From Candidatus Parvarchaeota archaeon (lineage in GTDB: Archaea > Nanobdellota > Nanobdellia > Parvarchaeales > Parvarchaeaceae), in contig JAMCRB010000001.1 of assembly GCA_023380435.1 (NCBI GenBank), positions 1 to 31,445 of the forward strand: a stretch of DNA of 31,445 nt. The letters are read 5' to 3'. The stretch's first letter is position 1; the number at the start of each line of letters is the position of its first letter. The notes under the pieces were generated by a model. That model did not search any database. It was not told where the DNA came from and saw nothing but the letters and a program-made list of their open reading frames with translations. The position numbers and the translations under genes are program-made. This document shows, one piece after another, positions 1-8,019 of the stretch.

Positions 1-271
1 TTTGCTTTCGTTGTCAGAATACTCGATTGAGATATAAAACTTCATATTCCCCTAATTTAATATATAAAAGCAATGTATATAAAAGCTGAGGCTGTTGCAT
101 AAGTCGCTTGAGGGCAGTCTGTGATAATCGATAAATTAAACAAATGCCCCTGCCCTTCGGTTAAGAGACACAAAAAATCCCATTTCTCGGAGATAGCATT
201 ATCCCGCTATCTTATGTTTGAAGTAAACACAATGATAGATTTAAATACGAATGTTTATCTTATAAGGCTAT

Positions 272-826
272 ATGGAAAGCCTATATGATTTTTTAAAAAA
301 GCAAAGTAAGCTTGGACTTCTTTCTAAACAAATTGGAAAAGGAAACAATGAGAAAGCACAGAAAACATTGGGTGAAATAACTCTTGAACGTGCCATTTAC
401 ATGGGTATACAAAAGAAAAGCAAGCTTGAAAATCAGATAGACCAACCTTTAAAGATATACGTTGCTGGCCCATATACGCCGAAGAACGCAAGCCCGCATG
501 ATTCTGCAAGAATTGCGCATGAAAACACAGTGAATGCGATAGACTATGGGATAGATGTAATAGATAGAGGTCACCTGCCTTACATACCGCATTTAGCCCA
601 CTTCGTGCATATATACGGTAAAAAAACGCTTTCATATGAATATTACACAAAAGCGGATATTGAATGGTTAAAAGACTGCGATGCTATCCTCTATTATCAT
701 AATATTATAGGAGATTCAAAAGGGTCTGATAATGAGCTTAAATTTGCGATAGATAACGGAAAAACGGTATTTTTCAGTACATATGAAATTCCACGGTATG
801 TACCTGCTAAAAAACAGGGCCTTTGA
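272..826 (+). CDS. DUF4406 / nucleoside 2-deoxyribosyltransferase-like flavodoxin-fold protein with ~60-aa N-terminal extension
   Basis: KIYVAGPY..., RGHLPYIPH, DIEWLKDCDAILY and SKGSDNELKFAIDNGKTVF follow the DUF4406/NDT-like pattern (YxAGP; P..PH; L..CDa; SxG...E..A...GK). TATA-like TTTAAATA lies ~25 nt upstream. Confidence 0.7.
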   Translation: MESLYDFLKKQSKLGLLSKQIGKGNNEKAQKTLGEITLERAIYMGIQKKSKLENQIDQPLKIYVAGPYTPKNASPHDSARIAHENTVNAIDYGIDVIDRGHLPYIPHLAHFVHIYGKKTLSYEYYTKADIEWLKDCDAILYYHNIIGDSKGSDNELKFAIDNGKTVFFSTYEIPRYVPAKKQGL

Positions 827-1053
827 CCAACAATAGAAACGCAGGAAGCAGCAGGATTTTCTAAATCAGAAAGGCCTGTAAATCCATTAAACTTTTTGGC
901 TTCTACCTAAAATAAAGGAAAAAACGGTAAAGAAATCGATTTTGTAGATTGTAAATAAGATAAATAATATAAGAAGTTGATTCTCTCTGTATAGACTTGT
1001 ATTTATGCTTATTGCTGTTGAAAACGCTTGATTTGGCCCGACAAGAACAACTA

Positions 1054-1467
1054 TCACCCTTTTATATCTATTGTCGTCTTTATGTAAACCTTTTCTCCGG
1101 GTTTTATAACATTCTTTATTGCTGCGTACATGAAAAATCTTCGTTCAGTTTCATTTATATCATTGTAGACTCTTTTATAACCTGCAAAATCTTGAACGTC
1201 CTTTACTTTATAATCAAGCTTCTTCATTTCTTTGCGAAGGTATCCTTCCTCCACGACAGTAAAATTTTTTTTGGAGAGCTCGGAAAATACGGACAATAGC
1301 GCATCCAAACCTTTTAATCCTTTTTTATTAGTATTCTCGATTGTTTTCTTAATATCAGATTCTGCAAATAATCTTGCTAAACGCTGCAGCTTCCTTTCCT
1401 CTGCTTCTGCGTCTGATTGACTTTCTCTTCGCCACCAAAAAGGACTATATAGCGGACTTCTTCCCAT
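1054..1467 (-). CDS. hypothetical protein (137 aa, charged)
   Basis: Longest ORF in the segment with protein-like composition. GAGG SD-like motif lies ~9 nt before the ATG. No family recognised. Confidence 0.55.
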   Translation of the reverse strand: MGRSPLYSPFWWRRESQSDAEAEERKLQRLARLFAESDIKKTIENTNKKGLKGLDALLSVFSELSKKNFTVVEEGYLRKEMKKLDYKVKDVQDFAGYKRVYNDINETERRFFMYAAIKNVIKPGEKVYIKTTIDIKG

Positions 1468-1774
1468 GCTTTATCGCCTCTTTTTTTGTTCTTAAATTAA
1501 TAATTAATAGGATACAATTAATATATAAGTATTTGCTTATTACATACCATATAATAATTTTTAATAAAATGAGTAATAAAAAATAAAAGCCAAATCAAGA
1601 GCTAAAAATTTCAAGGCTCATAACAATAGATCTTTTTCAGCTTAATAGGGTCTGCTTGGTGCCTAAATTTTTATCTTCCAAAAATAATTAACATACCCAA
1701 ATAAGCCGATTTTTGTCAACTTATTTACAATGTCCCACACCGCCTGCTTATAGTACTTTGATACTGCTATCGAA

Positions 1775-1847
1775 TAGCCCCGACCGGATTTGAACCGGTG
1801 TCTAGGGCTCCAAAGGCCCTCGTGCTTGGCCGCTACACTACGGGGCT
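1775..1847 (-). tRNA. tRNA-Gln(UUG)
   Basis: Reverse strand reads AGCCCCG..GTGT-AGCGGCCAA-GCAC..AGGGC-CT TTG GA-GCCCT..ACCGG-TTCAAAT-CCGGT-CGGGGCT-A. The A1-U72 pair is typical of archaeal tRNA-Gln. No intron, CCA not encoded. Confidence 0.97.
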
Positions 1848-1924
1848 GCACAGAAAATCATATCATCCATAGATTAAAACATTATCCTTAAAATCTTTAA
1901 ATATCTCCCGAGGTATATGATAAG

Positions 1925-2962
1925 ATGCTATTGGAAATATTCATTGCCTCTTTAATCGCATTTGTATCCACTATCATAGCGGGATATATCCTTAAAAACC
2001 TGTTGATACAAAGCGGCCTGGTTGCTCAGGACATAAACAAAAAAGGCCGGCCTATCCTGCCCACAAGCGGGGGGCTCATAGTTCTTGTCGGGTTGTTCGC
2101 CGGGGCAATGACCATAATAGCGCTTACAGATTATTTTGTTGGCTCGGGAATAAACATAGAATATCTTCTACTCGGGCTTGTAAGCATAGTTTCCATAACC
2201 TTCATAGGGTTTATAGATGACCTCTCCGGCGGAGGCGTGAGAACGTCGAAAGAAAATCTGAAAAAGATGACTTTAAACTACTCCACGTTCAATGGCCGGA
2301 TAAAACAGTGGCAAAAGCCGCTTCTTACGCTTATAGCTGCGGCCCCTCTGATGGTGGCCAACTTCGGCACCAACATAGCTGTGCCGTTTATTGGCAATGT
2401 TAACATAAACCCTGTACTATATATTTTGATATTAGTCCCCCTGGCTGTGATATTCGCCTCAAATGCTGTAAACATGCTTGAAGGCCTGAATGGCCTGTCC
2501 ATCCAGATGGGTTTTGTGGCTTTTGCTGCGCTTGCCGTATACTCATATCACATAGGATCATATACATCGCTGACTTTGGCCACGATGTTTGCAGGTGCAC
2601 TTGCGGCTTACTCCTATTATGGTAGTTATCCCGCCAAAATACTGCCAGGCGACAGCCTGACATACTTAATCGGCGGCGGCCTGGCTGCAACTATAATAAT
2701 CGGAAAATTGCAGTTCTTGGGTATAATTCTTCTCATACCCTGGATACTGGAGTTTCTCCTTAAGGCCCGCGCAAGGTTCCATGCACACTCCTGGGGCATA
2801 CTTCAGAAGAATGGGACACTTTCATCCCCTCACGGCCGGAAGATATACTCATTGACTCACTTATTTTTAAGGACCGGAAGATTCAAGGAATGGCAGATTG
2901 TCTGGATTTTCACAATAATCGAATTGGTTATAGCGTTTTTTGGACTGGCAATAGTGTGGTAA
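1925..2962 (+). CDS. glycosyltransferase family 4 (GPT/MraY/WecA), probable UDP-GlcNAc:dolichol-P GlcNAc-1-P transferase (AglH-like)
   Basis: Multiple TM helices; motifs QDINKKGRP, SGG, GFIDD, NAVNMLEGLNG, LPGDS. Confidence 0.9.
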   Translation: MLLEIFIASLIAFVSTIIAGYILKNLLIQSGLVAQDINKKGRPILPTSGGLIVLVGLFAGAMTIIALTDYFVGSGINIEYLLLGLVSIVSITFIGFIDDLSGGGVRTSKENLKKMTLNYSTFNGRIKQWQKPLLTLIAAAPLMVANFGTNIAVPFIGNVNINPVLYILILVPLAVIFASNAVNMLEGLNGLSIQMGFVAFAALAVYSYHIGSYTSLTLATMFAGALAAYSYYGSYPAKILPGDSLTYLIGGGLAATIIIGKLQFLGIILLIPWILEFLLKARARFHAHSWGILQKNGTLSSPHGRKIYSLTHLFLRTGRFKEWQIVWIFTIIELVIAFFGLAIVW

Positions 2963-3018
2963 AACGCCATAAAAACCTCTGCGAAAGAGTTAAATTCCTT
3001 AAAAGTTCATAAGAAATA

Positions 3019-3486
3019 ATGGAAGTACTGCCTATAGGGACGAAACAGATACAGTACCAGGGAGTGCTGGACGACCAGAAATTCTACAATTTCTTCAAGG
3101 ACACGCTGGAAGGCCTTGGTTATTCTGTGGTCGAGAACTCTTACGTCCAGTTTGGCGGCAACAACTTCAACATAAAATGGACGGCCAGGAAGGTCGTAGA
3201 TGACTATATGGCGTACCGCCTTACAATAATAATAGATTATCTGGGTCTGACAGACGCTAACGCAGTAAGCGACGGAAAGCCTGTAAAAGTAAAAACCGGG
3301 ACGGTAAATGTGAAAATGGTCGCGGATGTGCTTCTTGATTACATGAACAAATGGACTGTCGGAGTGTCAAAACTGGTCAGGCCGGTATATGATAAGATGA
3401 ACCAGGATCTCATAACACAGCGAAAAAATTCATTTGAAGCAGAAGTACAGGACATAAAATCCACACTGCAATCCCACCTGGGCTGA
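3019..3486 (+). CDS. conserved hypothetical protein (DPANN-type)
   Basis: Clean 155-aa ORF, co-oriented and 6 nt upstream of NFACT. The pattern Y.G......Y......L...GY...E..Y....W...K..DDY resembles a widespread DPANN hypothetical family (recalled, not searched). Confidence 0.75.
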   Translation: MEVLPIGTKQIQYQGVLDDQKFYNFFKDTLEGLGYSVVENSYVQFGGNNFNIKWTARKVVDDYMAYRLTIIIDYLGLTDANAVSDGKPVKVKTGTVNVKMVADVLLDYMNKWTVGVSKLVRPVYDKMNQDLITQRKNSFEAEVQDIKSTLQSHLG

Positions 3487-3492
3487 TTTGAC

Positions 3493-5253
3493 ATGGCTTC
3501 AAAAAGCCTTACGTCTCTTGATTTATACAAGCTGACTCAGGAAATCGGATATATCAACGGCGGTTTCATAAGGAACGTAAAAAGCGGCAAAAATGAGGTT
3601 TATTTTCTTATATTCTGCGGGAAGGAAGTCTGGCTTAAGATGGTCCCGGGAAGCCACATATCTATCAGCCAGGAGAAGCCTGAAGAAACTACAGATTATC
3701 CGTTTACCGGACTGCTCAAGAGTGTGTTCAAAGGCAGGAGAGTCAAGGCGTCGATGCACGAGCCAGACAGAATATTTGAGCTCAAATTGGATGATTTCCT
3801 TTTGAGCCTAGAGCTTTTCTCCAAGGGCAACCTTATATTGTCGAAGGACGGGAAGATCGTGCAGTCCCTTTACAATAGAAATTATAGCGGAAGAAAGGTC
3901 TCTGCTGACGAAATATTTTCCTATCCACCGGGAAAGGCAAACGTTTTTTCCATGGATCTTGATGCTTTCACAGCGACAGTAAAGGCCTCGGAAAGAGAGA
4001 ATATAGTCAAAACGCTTGCGATAGAGCTCTCACTTGGGGGTGAATACGCGGAGGAAGTATGCTTCAGAGCAGGGGTCGACAAAAACATGCCGCAGATGAA
4101 CTGCAGTGACGAAAACCTTAGGAAGATTTTCTCCTCGCTTGAAGAGATAATAAAAAAAGAGGTAAGGCCGAACATAATAGACGGAAAGCTACTTTCTGTA
4201 ATAGAGCTAAAGCACATACAGGGAGACAAGGAATACTTCGATGACATAAACTCGGCTGTCAGGGCCTTTTTCTCGGCGCCGGAGAAAGATGTCAGGCGCG
4301 AGAAGATAGAGAAAGACAACGAAGCCGCAAAAAAATCCATAGTCGCTTACTCTTCCGCAATAGATTATATAGTTGAGAATTATGAAGACGTTTCCCGAAT
4401 GATCGAAGCAGTAAGAGACTCCAAAACGGACATAGAAAAAAGAAAGGAAATGCTAAAAGTAAAGGGATGGTCTTTGGAAGGCAGGTTCTTGAAAAAAGAC
4501 GACAGCCCTGACATAAAGATAGATATAACTAGACCGCTCAGGGACTATCTTAACGAGCTGTACACAAAGAAGAAGAGGCTGTCCAGGGCAGTTTCATCGC
4601 CAGTAAAAGTAATCAACAGGCCAAAGCGCGTAAAAGTAACCCAGAGTCCTGCATGGTACTCCAAATTCAGATGGTTCATAACTTCACACAATAGATTGGT
4701 AGTCATCGGAAGGGATGTAAACCAGAACAACAGCCTTATAGACAAGCACGTGGAGAAAGACGACATAGTAGTACATGCAGACGTTTTCGGAAGCCCTTTC
4801 GGAGTGGTCAAAAACGGAGCCAACGCCGATGAAAAGGACATAGACGAAGCCTGCAGAATGGTGGCATCGTACTCATCCGCATGGAAAGCAGGAGCAACAA
4901 ACCTAGATGTTTATTTTGTTTATCCAAACCAAGTGACAAAGACCCCTCCATCCGGAGAGTCTCTAAAGAAGGGCGCTTTTTACATCGATGGAAAGAAGAA
5001 CTACGTCAAGAACGTAAGCCTAGGCCTTTATATTGCTTTTTCCCCCGCTGAAAGCGAGATCGGCGTAGGAATCTCCGCATCCGAGCCAAAGAACAACTTC
5101 GTATTGATAAAGCCCGGCAATAAGAAACGTGAGGAAGTTATAAAGAAGATCATCAAAAAACTAGAGGAGAAAATGAATATAACGATAAATCCGGATGAAA
5201 TAGACAGACTTCTGCCGCAGGGAAAGTGCAGCATAGAGAAGCTCGGTTTCTGA
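3493..5253 (+). CDS. rqc2: NFACT / Rqc2 (fibronectin-binding-like) ribosome quality control protein
   Basis: N-terminal LTSLDL, DRIFEL, LELFSKGNLIL; HhH region; C-terminal NFACT-R WYSKFRWF, LVVIGRDVNQN, VHADVFGSP, YSSAWK, QVTKTPPSGESLKKGAFYIDGKKNY. Confidence 0.95.
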   Translation: MASKSLTSLDLYKLTQEIGYINGGFIRNVKSGKNEVYFLIFCGKEVWLKMVPGSHISISQEKPEETTDYPFTGLLKSVFKGRRVKASMHEPDRIFELKLDDFLLSLELFSKGNLILSKDGKIVQSLYNRNYSGRKVSADEIFSYPPGKANVFSMDLDAFTATVKASERENIVKTLAIELSLGGEYAEEVCFRAGVDKNMPQMNCSDENLRKIFSSLEEIIKKEVRPNIIDGKLLSVIELKHIQGDKEYFDDINSAVRAFFSAPEKDVRREKIEKDNEAAKKSIVAYSSAIDYIVENYEDVSRMIEAVRDSKTDIEKRKEMLKVKGWSLEGRFLKKDDSPDIKIDITRPLRDYLNELYTKKKRLSRAVSSPVKVINRPKRVKVTQSPAWYSKFRWFITSHNRLVVIGRDVNQNNSLIDKHVEKDDIVVHADVFGSPFGVVKNGANADEKDIDEACRMVASYSSAWKAGATNLDVYFVYPNQVTKTPPSGESLKKGAFYIDGKKNYVKNVSLGLYIAFSPAESEIGVGISASEPKNNFVLIKPGNKKREEVIKKIIKKLEEKMNITINPDEIDRLLPQGKCSIEKLGF

Positions 5254-5260
5254 CGGCGGA

Positions 5261-5479
5261 TTATTTAGTAGAATTAGCTATAAGAAGCTCTTCTATTTTT
5301 TTGTCTTTTGCGAGTTTTGTTATGTACCCGGCGATTTTATTCCTTACACGCTTGCTTGAGGTTATCACTTCGTTTAGGACCTGCTTGTTGGCCGCGTAAT
5401 CGTCTGTAAACCTGCCCTTGTAAAGTTTCAATATATCAAGTGAAGCGTTCCTTACAAGTTTTCCTCTCACTCTTCCCAT
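5261..5479 (-). CDS. rps17e: 30S ribosomal protein S17e
   Basis: MGRVRGKLV...FTDDYAANK...SKRVRNKIAGYIT signature. Confidence 0.97.
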   Translation of the reverse strand: MGRVRGKLVRNASLDILKLYKGRFTDDYAANKQVLNEVITSSKRVRNKIAGYITKLAKDKKIEELLIANSTK

Positions 5480-5558
5480 GTCTTATTCTAAGCTAAGACG
5501 TCTATTTAAACTTTGCTGAATTAAGTTTTTAATTGGAAAACGTTTAGTATAAGTCATC

Positions 5559-5630
5559 GCCTCGGTGGCTCAGTGGTAGAGCGTTTCCTTGGTAAGGAAA
5601 AGGCCGCGAGTTCGATCCTCGCCCGAGGCT
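5559..5630 (+). tRNA. tRNA-Thr(GGU)
   Basis: GCCTCGG..GCTC-AGTGGTA-GAGC..TTTCC-TT GGT AA-GGAAA..GCGAG-TTCGATC-CTCGC-CCGAGGC-T; U73 discriminator. Confidence 0.97.
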
Positions 5631-5668
5631 AATTATAGCAGTAAGGGGCAACTTTGCTCTTTGATTGC

Positions 5669-5941
5669 TTAAACTATGTCCTCTTCCGCTACTACAACGA
5701 AGTCTCCGACGGATATAACGGCACCGTAAGGTATCTCATCGTTGTGATTATCGTCTTTTTCGAATTGGAAAGTGTTCGCATAGGATGTCGCCTGCTTTAT
5801 TGTCAGATAGACTAGTTCGCCTGTTCTGACTTCATATACTAAATCTGCTACAACACCCAGCTTTTTGCCGCTTTTTCCAACGACTGTTTTTCCTACTATG
5901 GATCTTGCATCGACCCTCTCTCCTTTGGTTATACCTGACAT
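5669..5941 (-). CDS. PRC-barrel domain protein
   Basis: IVGKTVVGKSGKKLGVVADLVYEVRTGELVYL ... IPYGAVISVGDFVVV is the archaeal single PRC-barrel pattern. Confidence 0.9.
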   Translation of the reverse strand: MSGITKGERVDARSIVGKTVVGKSGKKLGVVADLVYEVRTGELVYLTIKQATSYANTFQFEKDDNHNDEIPYGAVISVGDFVVVAEEDIV

Positions 5942-6005
5942 ATCAAAACCTCCTGGCCATCAAAAGACAGCTTATCATTATTATAGATTAAAGAAATGCA
6001 TCAAT

Positions 6006-6518
6006 TTAAAGCTTTTTTTCTTGGTCCCGCTTTATAAAAATGAAAAAAATGTCGTTACCTGCCTCTCCTTTTATTGAGGGATTTAAGTTGCTGTAGTCAA
6101 GGCCGGATTTCTTTAGGACTGAAACGGCAAGCTTTCCGCCTGGTTTGCAAAGTTCTAACATCTTGTCTATTGCTGCTGAACGCTCCTCTCCAGGCATGTC
6201 CTGCAGAACGGTTATTGAAAAAACTATATCGAACCGTCTGTCCGTATTAAAATCCGCGAATCTTTTCTTCTCTACGACGACGTTTTCAAGGTGCTTTTCC
6301 GTTATTCTATCCGCCAAATCAGACGGCTCCACAGCGGTTATGTGGAAGCCTTTTAGGGCCTCCTCAAGCAGTCCACTCCCTGCTCCAACATCCAGTATCA
6401 TGTCTGAAGGTTTTGGTTTGACCGCATCAACAAGCTTTTCAATCTTCTCTGTCTGTTCGTTGAGATATAACGCTTCGTAGCTGCCGGCTATCGCATTGTA
6501 ATAATCCAAAGAATCCAT
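6006..6518 (-). CDS. class I SAM-dependent methyltransferase
   Basis: ILDVGAGSG motif I, AVEPS, FDIVFSITVLQ, LCKPGG. Start re-called to MDSLDYY at 6518, where the ATG overlaps the proS stop (TGATG). Confidence 0.88.
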   Translation of the reverse strand: MDSLDYYNAIAGSYEALYLNEQTEKIEKLVDAVKPKPSDMILDVGAGSGLLEEALKGFHITAVEPSDLADRITEKHLENVVVEKKRFADFNTDRRFDIVFSITVLQDMPGEERSAAIDKMLELCKPGGKLAVSVLKKSGLDYSNLNPSIKGEAGNDIFFIFIKRDQEKKL

Positions 6519-7957
6519 CAATAGGTGTGAGAAAAGTATGCGTTGTAAATTGCATGTTCTCCGCAGTAGACGCACTTTTCTGATATCATTTTCTCGTTAT
6601 CTAAAGGTATGCATCTGGATATCGCGCCAGTCTCTTCCTTTATTTTGCCCTCGCACTCCTCGCGCCCGCACCATGCAGCTTTCACTATCTTTTCGTCTTT
6701 CTTCAATTTCCTTATAAATTCGGCCTTGTCGGATATCTCTTCCACCTTTTTGGAAGCAGAGAGCCTTGCATTTTCGAACATCTGCGACTGTATATCCCCG
6801 AGTTTATCCGCTATCTCTATAAGATTCTTCTCCTCGAACGTGTCTTTCGAGCCGTCGAATCTTAGCTTTGCAGATACTGTCCTTGAGCCCTCTTCTCTTT
6901 CCCCTATGTCAAGCCGTATCGGCACGCCCAGCAGATCATACTGATGAAACTTCCATCCTGGAGACTGGTCGTCCCTGTCATCCAGATGAGCACGGATTCC
7001 CATAGCATCGAGCTTCTTCTTGATTTCAAGCGCATAAACTAATATCTTCTCCTTTTTCTTGTCATCCTTAACTATTGGTATTATGACAACTTGTATAGGC
7101 GCGACTGCAGGGGGAAGAACTAGCCCGTTATCGTCGCCGTGGACCATAACCATTGCGGCGATTGATCTCATGGATATCCCCCATGATGTCTGGTAAACGT
7201 ACTGCCAGTTGTTCTGGCGGTCAATGAATTTTATTTCGAAGGCCTTTGAGAAATTCTGGCCGAGGTTGTGGGATGTCGCAGACTGAATCATAAAGTTGTT
7301 TGGGGTTGCTGTCTCTACTGTGTAAGTCTTTTCTGCGCCCGGGAACTTCTCAGCTTCACTTTTCATCCCGTAGAATACCGGAACTGCAAGGATTTTTTCC
7401 ATTACATCTCTGTAAATCTTGGTCATAGCGATGGCGTTTGCATCTGCTTCCTTTGCGGTCTCAAAAACGCAGTGTCCTTCCTGCCAAAGCACCTCTCTTC
7501 CTCTGAGGAGAAGACGAGTTTCCTTTGTTTCCCACCTGACTACCGTATTCCACTGGTTTATCAGCATGGGCAGATCCCTGTAGCTCTTTATCCACTTTGA
7601 GTAGCTATCGTACATTATGGTTTCTGATGTGGGCCTTATTGCCAATCTTTCATCCAGGTCCCTATCTCCGCCTTTAGTCACCCATGCGACCTCCGGGGTG
7701 AACCCTTTTATGTGCTGACTCTCTTTGGAGAGGATGCTTTCCGGTATCAGAAGGGGGAAATACGCGTTTTTTACGCCGAGCTCCCTGAATCTTTTGTTGA
7801 GATATTCTACGATTCTCTCCCAAATTTCATATCCATATGGCCTGTAGACCGGGAAGCCCTTAACAGCGGAGAAATCCATCATACCTGATTCTATTAGGAC
7901 GTTGTTATACCATCCGATGAGGTCATCGCTCTTCTTCGTTTTTATCGCGTCTGTCAT
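6518..7957 (-). CDS. proS: prolyl-tRNA synthetase (archaeal/eukaryote type)
   Basis: IRPTSET, QWNTVVRWE, LLRGREVLWQEGH, QTSWGISMR, PPAVAPIQVVI, GWKF; C-terminal Zn-type CVYCG and terminal Tyr. Confidence 0.98.
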   Translation of the reverse strand: MTDAIKTKKSDDLIGWYNNVLIESGMMDFSAVKGFPVYRPYGYEIWERIVEYLNKRFRELGVKNAYFPLLIPESILSKESQHIKGFTPEVAWVTKGGDRDLDERLAIRPTSETIMYDSYSKWIKSYRDLPMLINQWNTVVRWETKETRLLLRGREVLWQEGHCVFETAKEADANAIAMTKIYRDVMEKILAVPVFYGMKSEAEKFPGAEKTYTVETATPNNFMIQSATSHNLGQNFSKAFEIKFIDRQNNWQYVYQTSWGISMRSIAAMVMVHGDDNGLVLPPAVAPIQVVIIPIVKDDKKKEKILVYALEIKKKLDAMGIRAHLDDRDDQSPGWKFHQYDLLGVPIRLDIGEREEGSRTVSAKLRFDGSKDTFEEKNLIEIADKLGDIQSQMFENARLSASKKVEEISDKAEFIRKLKKDEKIVKAAWCGREECEGKIKEETGAISRCIPLDNEKMISEKCVYCGEHAIYNAYFSHTY

Positions 7958-7977
7958 ATATTCATTAATCTAAAACA

Positions 7978-7995
7978 TTTCTAAATTTATATATA
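7978..7995. promoter_or_regulatory. candidate shared TATA box for divergent proS/leuS
   Basis: TTTATATATA at 7986-7995 is almost equidistant from the ATGs at 7957 (-) and 8020 (+). Confidence 0.55.
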
Positions 7996-8019
7996 CGCGT
8001 GCCTTGTATTAATCCGTGT

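Noticed and set aside
880-1062. Possible frameshift extension of ORF 1054-1467 at AAAAGGG
   Set aside because: Not a canonical slippery heptamer, and the alternative frame has no recognisable protein signal.
997-1299. 100-aa hydrophobic + strand ORF
   Set aside because: It is a shadow of the minus-strand ORF 1054-1467; the hydrophobicity follows from antisense Lys/Glu codons.
6519-6575. 19-aa N-terminal extension of the methyltransferase in the ORF track
   Set aside because: It overlaps the proS coding end; the TGATG coupled start at 6518 is more plausible.
7999-8019. GTG start for leuS
   Set aside because: Too close to the TATA box; ATG 8020 fits the ~25-nt leaderless spacing.
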